Positions 62,530-64,000 of a stretch of DNA of 64,000 nt are shown piece by piece. The DNA comes from Candidatus Micrarchaeota archaeon (lineage in GTDB: Archaea > Micrarchaeota > Micrarchaeia > Anstonellales > Bilamarchaeaceae): assembly GCA_018812715.1 (NCBI GenBank), contig JAHJCT010000017.1:204019-268018 (forward strand), given 5' to 3'. Numbering within the stretch: the first letter of the stretch is position 1; each line of letters opens with the position of its first letter. A model generated the notes under the pieces. That model was not told the DNA's origin and searched no databases. It saw nothing but the letters and a program-made list of their open reading frames with translations. The translations under genes were made by a program, and so were the position numbers.

Positions 62530-62961
62530 GTGAATCAACAACTAGAGCGCAAGCTTGAAAACCTTAGAAAAAGTATACGGAAGCTGGATAGTGCAATTGT
62601 TACATATACAGACAGTATAGACGATGCATTTCTTCTAAGAATCTGTCGTGATGAACTTGGTGAAAAAGCAATTGCAGTAACCATATGTCCTGATGATTAC
62701 CTAGAAACTGAACTTTCTATTACTGAAAGTGTAACCAAGGTTCTAGGAATAAAACATATAGTTACTAAAAAATCTCAACTCAAGAAGCTTGCAACACGTA
62801 TGAATATTCAGAATATACTAGTTGGCATAAGTAAAGGTAATCCAGCATCACTTATTATTGGTGTGAAGTGCCCTCTTCTTGAATGCGGACTTACCAAAGC
62901 AGAGATAGAGTTCTTGGCAAAAGAATTAGGTGTTGATAAATTAAAAAAGAAAAAATATTAA
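62530..62961 (+). CDS. PP-loop ATP-pyrophosphatase-like protein (LarE/ThiI-like fold) with a degenerate P-loop
   Basis: The N-terminal coiled helix and the VTYTDSIDDAFLL segment occupy the position of the SGGxDS motif. GTG start. Confidence 0.4.
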   Translation: MNQQLERKLENLRKSIRKLDSAIVTYTDSIDDAFLLRICRDELGEKAIAVTICPDDYLETELSITESVTKVLGIKHIVTKKSQLKKLATRMNIQNILVGISKGNPASLIIGVKCPLLECGLTKAEIEFLAKELGVDKLKKKKY

Positions 62962-63521
62962 GCAATTTTTTTGAATGCAAGTGTTCCTTTTTCTGTTCTA
63001 TGAAATTCATAATCTTCTGAAAGAAATAATTTCTCTAATTGACTCCCAGCCTCTCTTATATACTCAGAAATATTCCCTTTTGGCAGATCTTCATAAAGAT
63101 AGCTTATTACATACTTGAATTCTGATTCTGTAGCTTCTTTCTCTCTTTCTTTCAATAATATTCTTCTGATGCCCCTTCCTTCGTAAGCCAGCAGGACTGC
63201 TGGATCTTCTAGATAAAGTGCATTAGGATCGCCATGCATAATTATCATCTTTTCAGCATCTAACCTGGCTGGCCATGATAATCCCACGCCAATGAGCATG
63301 CGGTTAACAGTTGCTCCAAAGCTTTTTTCATAATCCACTATACTTTTTACTTCTGCCTCTGTAACATCAAATGCGCATTTTCTCATAACTTTTACACATT
63401 CTTCAATATCTTCTTCTCCAAGCCTTTTTACCTCTACTTCTTCCTCATCTAGGAGATGGATGAATTTAGGTTTGAATTTTTCTTCCTCCTCATCTTTCTT
63501 CTCTTGTTTGAATGATTCCAT
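62958..63521 (-). CDS. GNAT-like acetyltransferase (tentative) with acidic N-terminus
   Basis: LLAYEGRGIRRILL resembles the R/QxxGxG/A motif. Confidence 0.4.
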   Translation of the reverse strand: MESFKQEKKDEEEEKFKPKFIHLLDEEEVEVKRLGEEDIEECVKVMRKCAFDVTEAEVKSIVDYEKSFGATVNRMLIGVGLSWPARLDAEKMIIMHGDPNALYLEDPAVLLAYEGRGIRRILLKEREKEATESEFKYVISYLYEDLPKGNISEYIREAGSQLEKLFLSEDYEFHRTEKGTLAFKKIA

Positions 63522-63527
63522 AATTTC

Positions 63528-63863
63528 TCACACGAGACGCACATTACATGCTGGACAACGTGTATACATTGTATCCATTTTATATCCACATCTAGGGCAT
63601 ACATAATAAGTTTTTTTCGCTCTTTGCAATTCTGCCTCAAAATCATATCTGCACTGTCTGCATCTCTGTATATCTAATTCGTTCAATGTGTTGCATTTAG
63701 GACATTTTCTACGAAACATGCTCTTTATACGTACGCCGCATTTAGGGCAGCGTTCCATGCTTAAATTAACTGTTTCACTACAACTTGGACATTTCCTTGG
63801 CGGTCCTTTGGATACTGGTTTGCTACCTTTGAACAAGCCACTAAGAAAATCTCCTAATCCCAT
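63528..63863 (-). CDS. triple zinc-ribbon protein
   Basis: Three CxxC...CxxC pairs (CPSC..CPKC, CPKC..CRQC, CPRC..CPAC). Confidence 0.6.
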   Translation of the reverse strand: MGLGDFLSGLFKGSKPVSKGPPRKCPSCSETVNLSMERCPKCGVRIKSMFRRKCPKCNTLNELDIQRCRQCRYDFEAELQRAKKTYYVCPRCGYKMDTMYTRCPACNVRLV

Positions 63864-63867
63864 ATTA

Positions 63868-64000
63868 TCAACTGTATGAACATTCTATTGTGTAATCTCG
63901 TATTGGTGATTGTTGGAGGCCACAGAACGTACTAATCTCTCCAATTTGTGAGGTGGTACTTCCAAATCCACAATCTACGTTTTCATAGCCGCTTTTTGGG
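63868..64000 (-). CDS. 3' end of an unidentified gene entering from the right edge (partial)
   Basis: One frame is open from the window edge to the TGA at 63868-63870 (…GYENVDCGFGSTTSQIGEISTFCGLQQSPIRDYTIECSYS), 4 nt before the next ATG. Confidence 0.25.
   Translation of the reverse strand, partial: PKSGYENVDCGFGSTTSQIGEISTFCGLQQSPIRDYTIECSYS

Overview
AT-rich archaeal chromosome segment. The archaeal assignment rests on r-proteins S19e/L39e/L31e/LX, aIF6, prefoldin alpha, FtsY, fibrillarin, Pop5, an EndA-like protein, Elp3, Bud32, CDC48, an SRP RNA and a tRNA-Glu with a bulge-helix-bulge intron. A DPANN-like lineage is only a guess from the gene content. The main feature is the left third (1-21.9 kb, minus strand), a co-directional cluster of giant genes of unknown function: protein A (>2116 aa, cut by the window edge), a 521-aa protein, a 2854-aa protein and a 1463-aa protein. 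A RelE-like TA pair and a small Lys-rich ORF are interspersed, and a HEPN/MNT pair borders the cluster. The giant proteins appear paralogous in their C-terminal parts: a Trp-rich hydrophobic segment occurs in all three large ones, and a near-identical ~115-aa C-terminal domain occurs in the two complete ones. I saw no catalytic motifs by eye. They are extremely Lys-depleted (I count 6 K in 2854 aa and 1 K in 521 aa), whereas neighbouring housekeeping proteins are very Lys-rich. The rest of the window is mostly housekeeping, plus several other things. There are three membrane-anchored surface glycoprotein-like genes, two of them huge beta-helix proteins, sharing a previously unrecognised (to me) 8-Cys module. 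There is a tRNA 3'-end duplicate flanking a GNAT gene. There is a VapBC cassette bracketed by 89-bp direct repeats. Next to it is a repeat-rich, strongly structured non-coding region (64-bp perfect repeats, a possible pseudoknot) that may encode an unclassified ncRNA. All calls come from reading the sequence and ORF translations by eye. Coordinates of RNA ends, alternative starts and all homology statements need computational confirmation.
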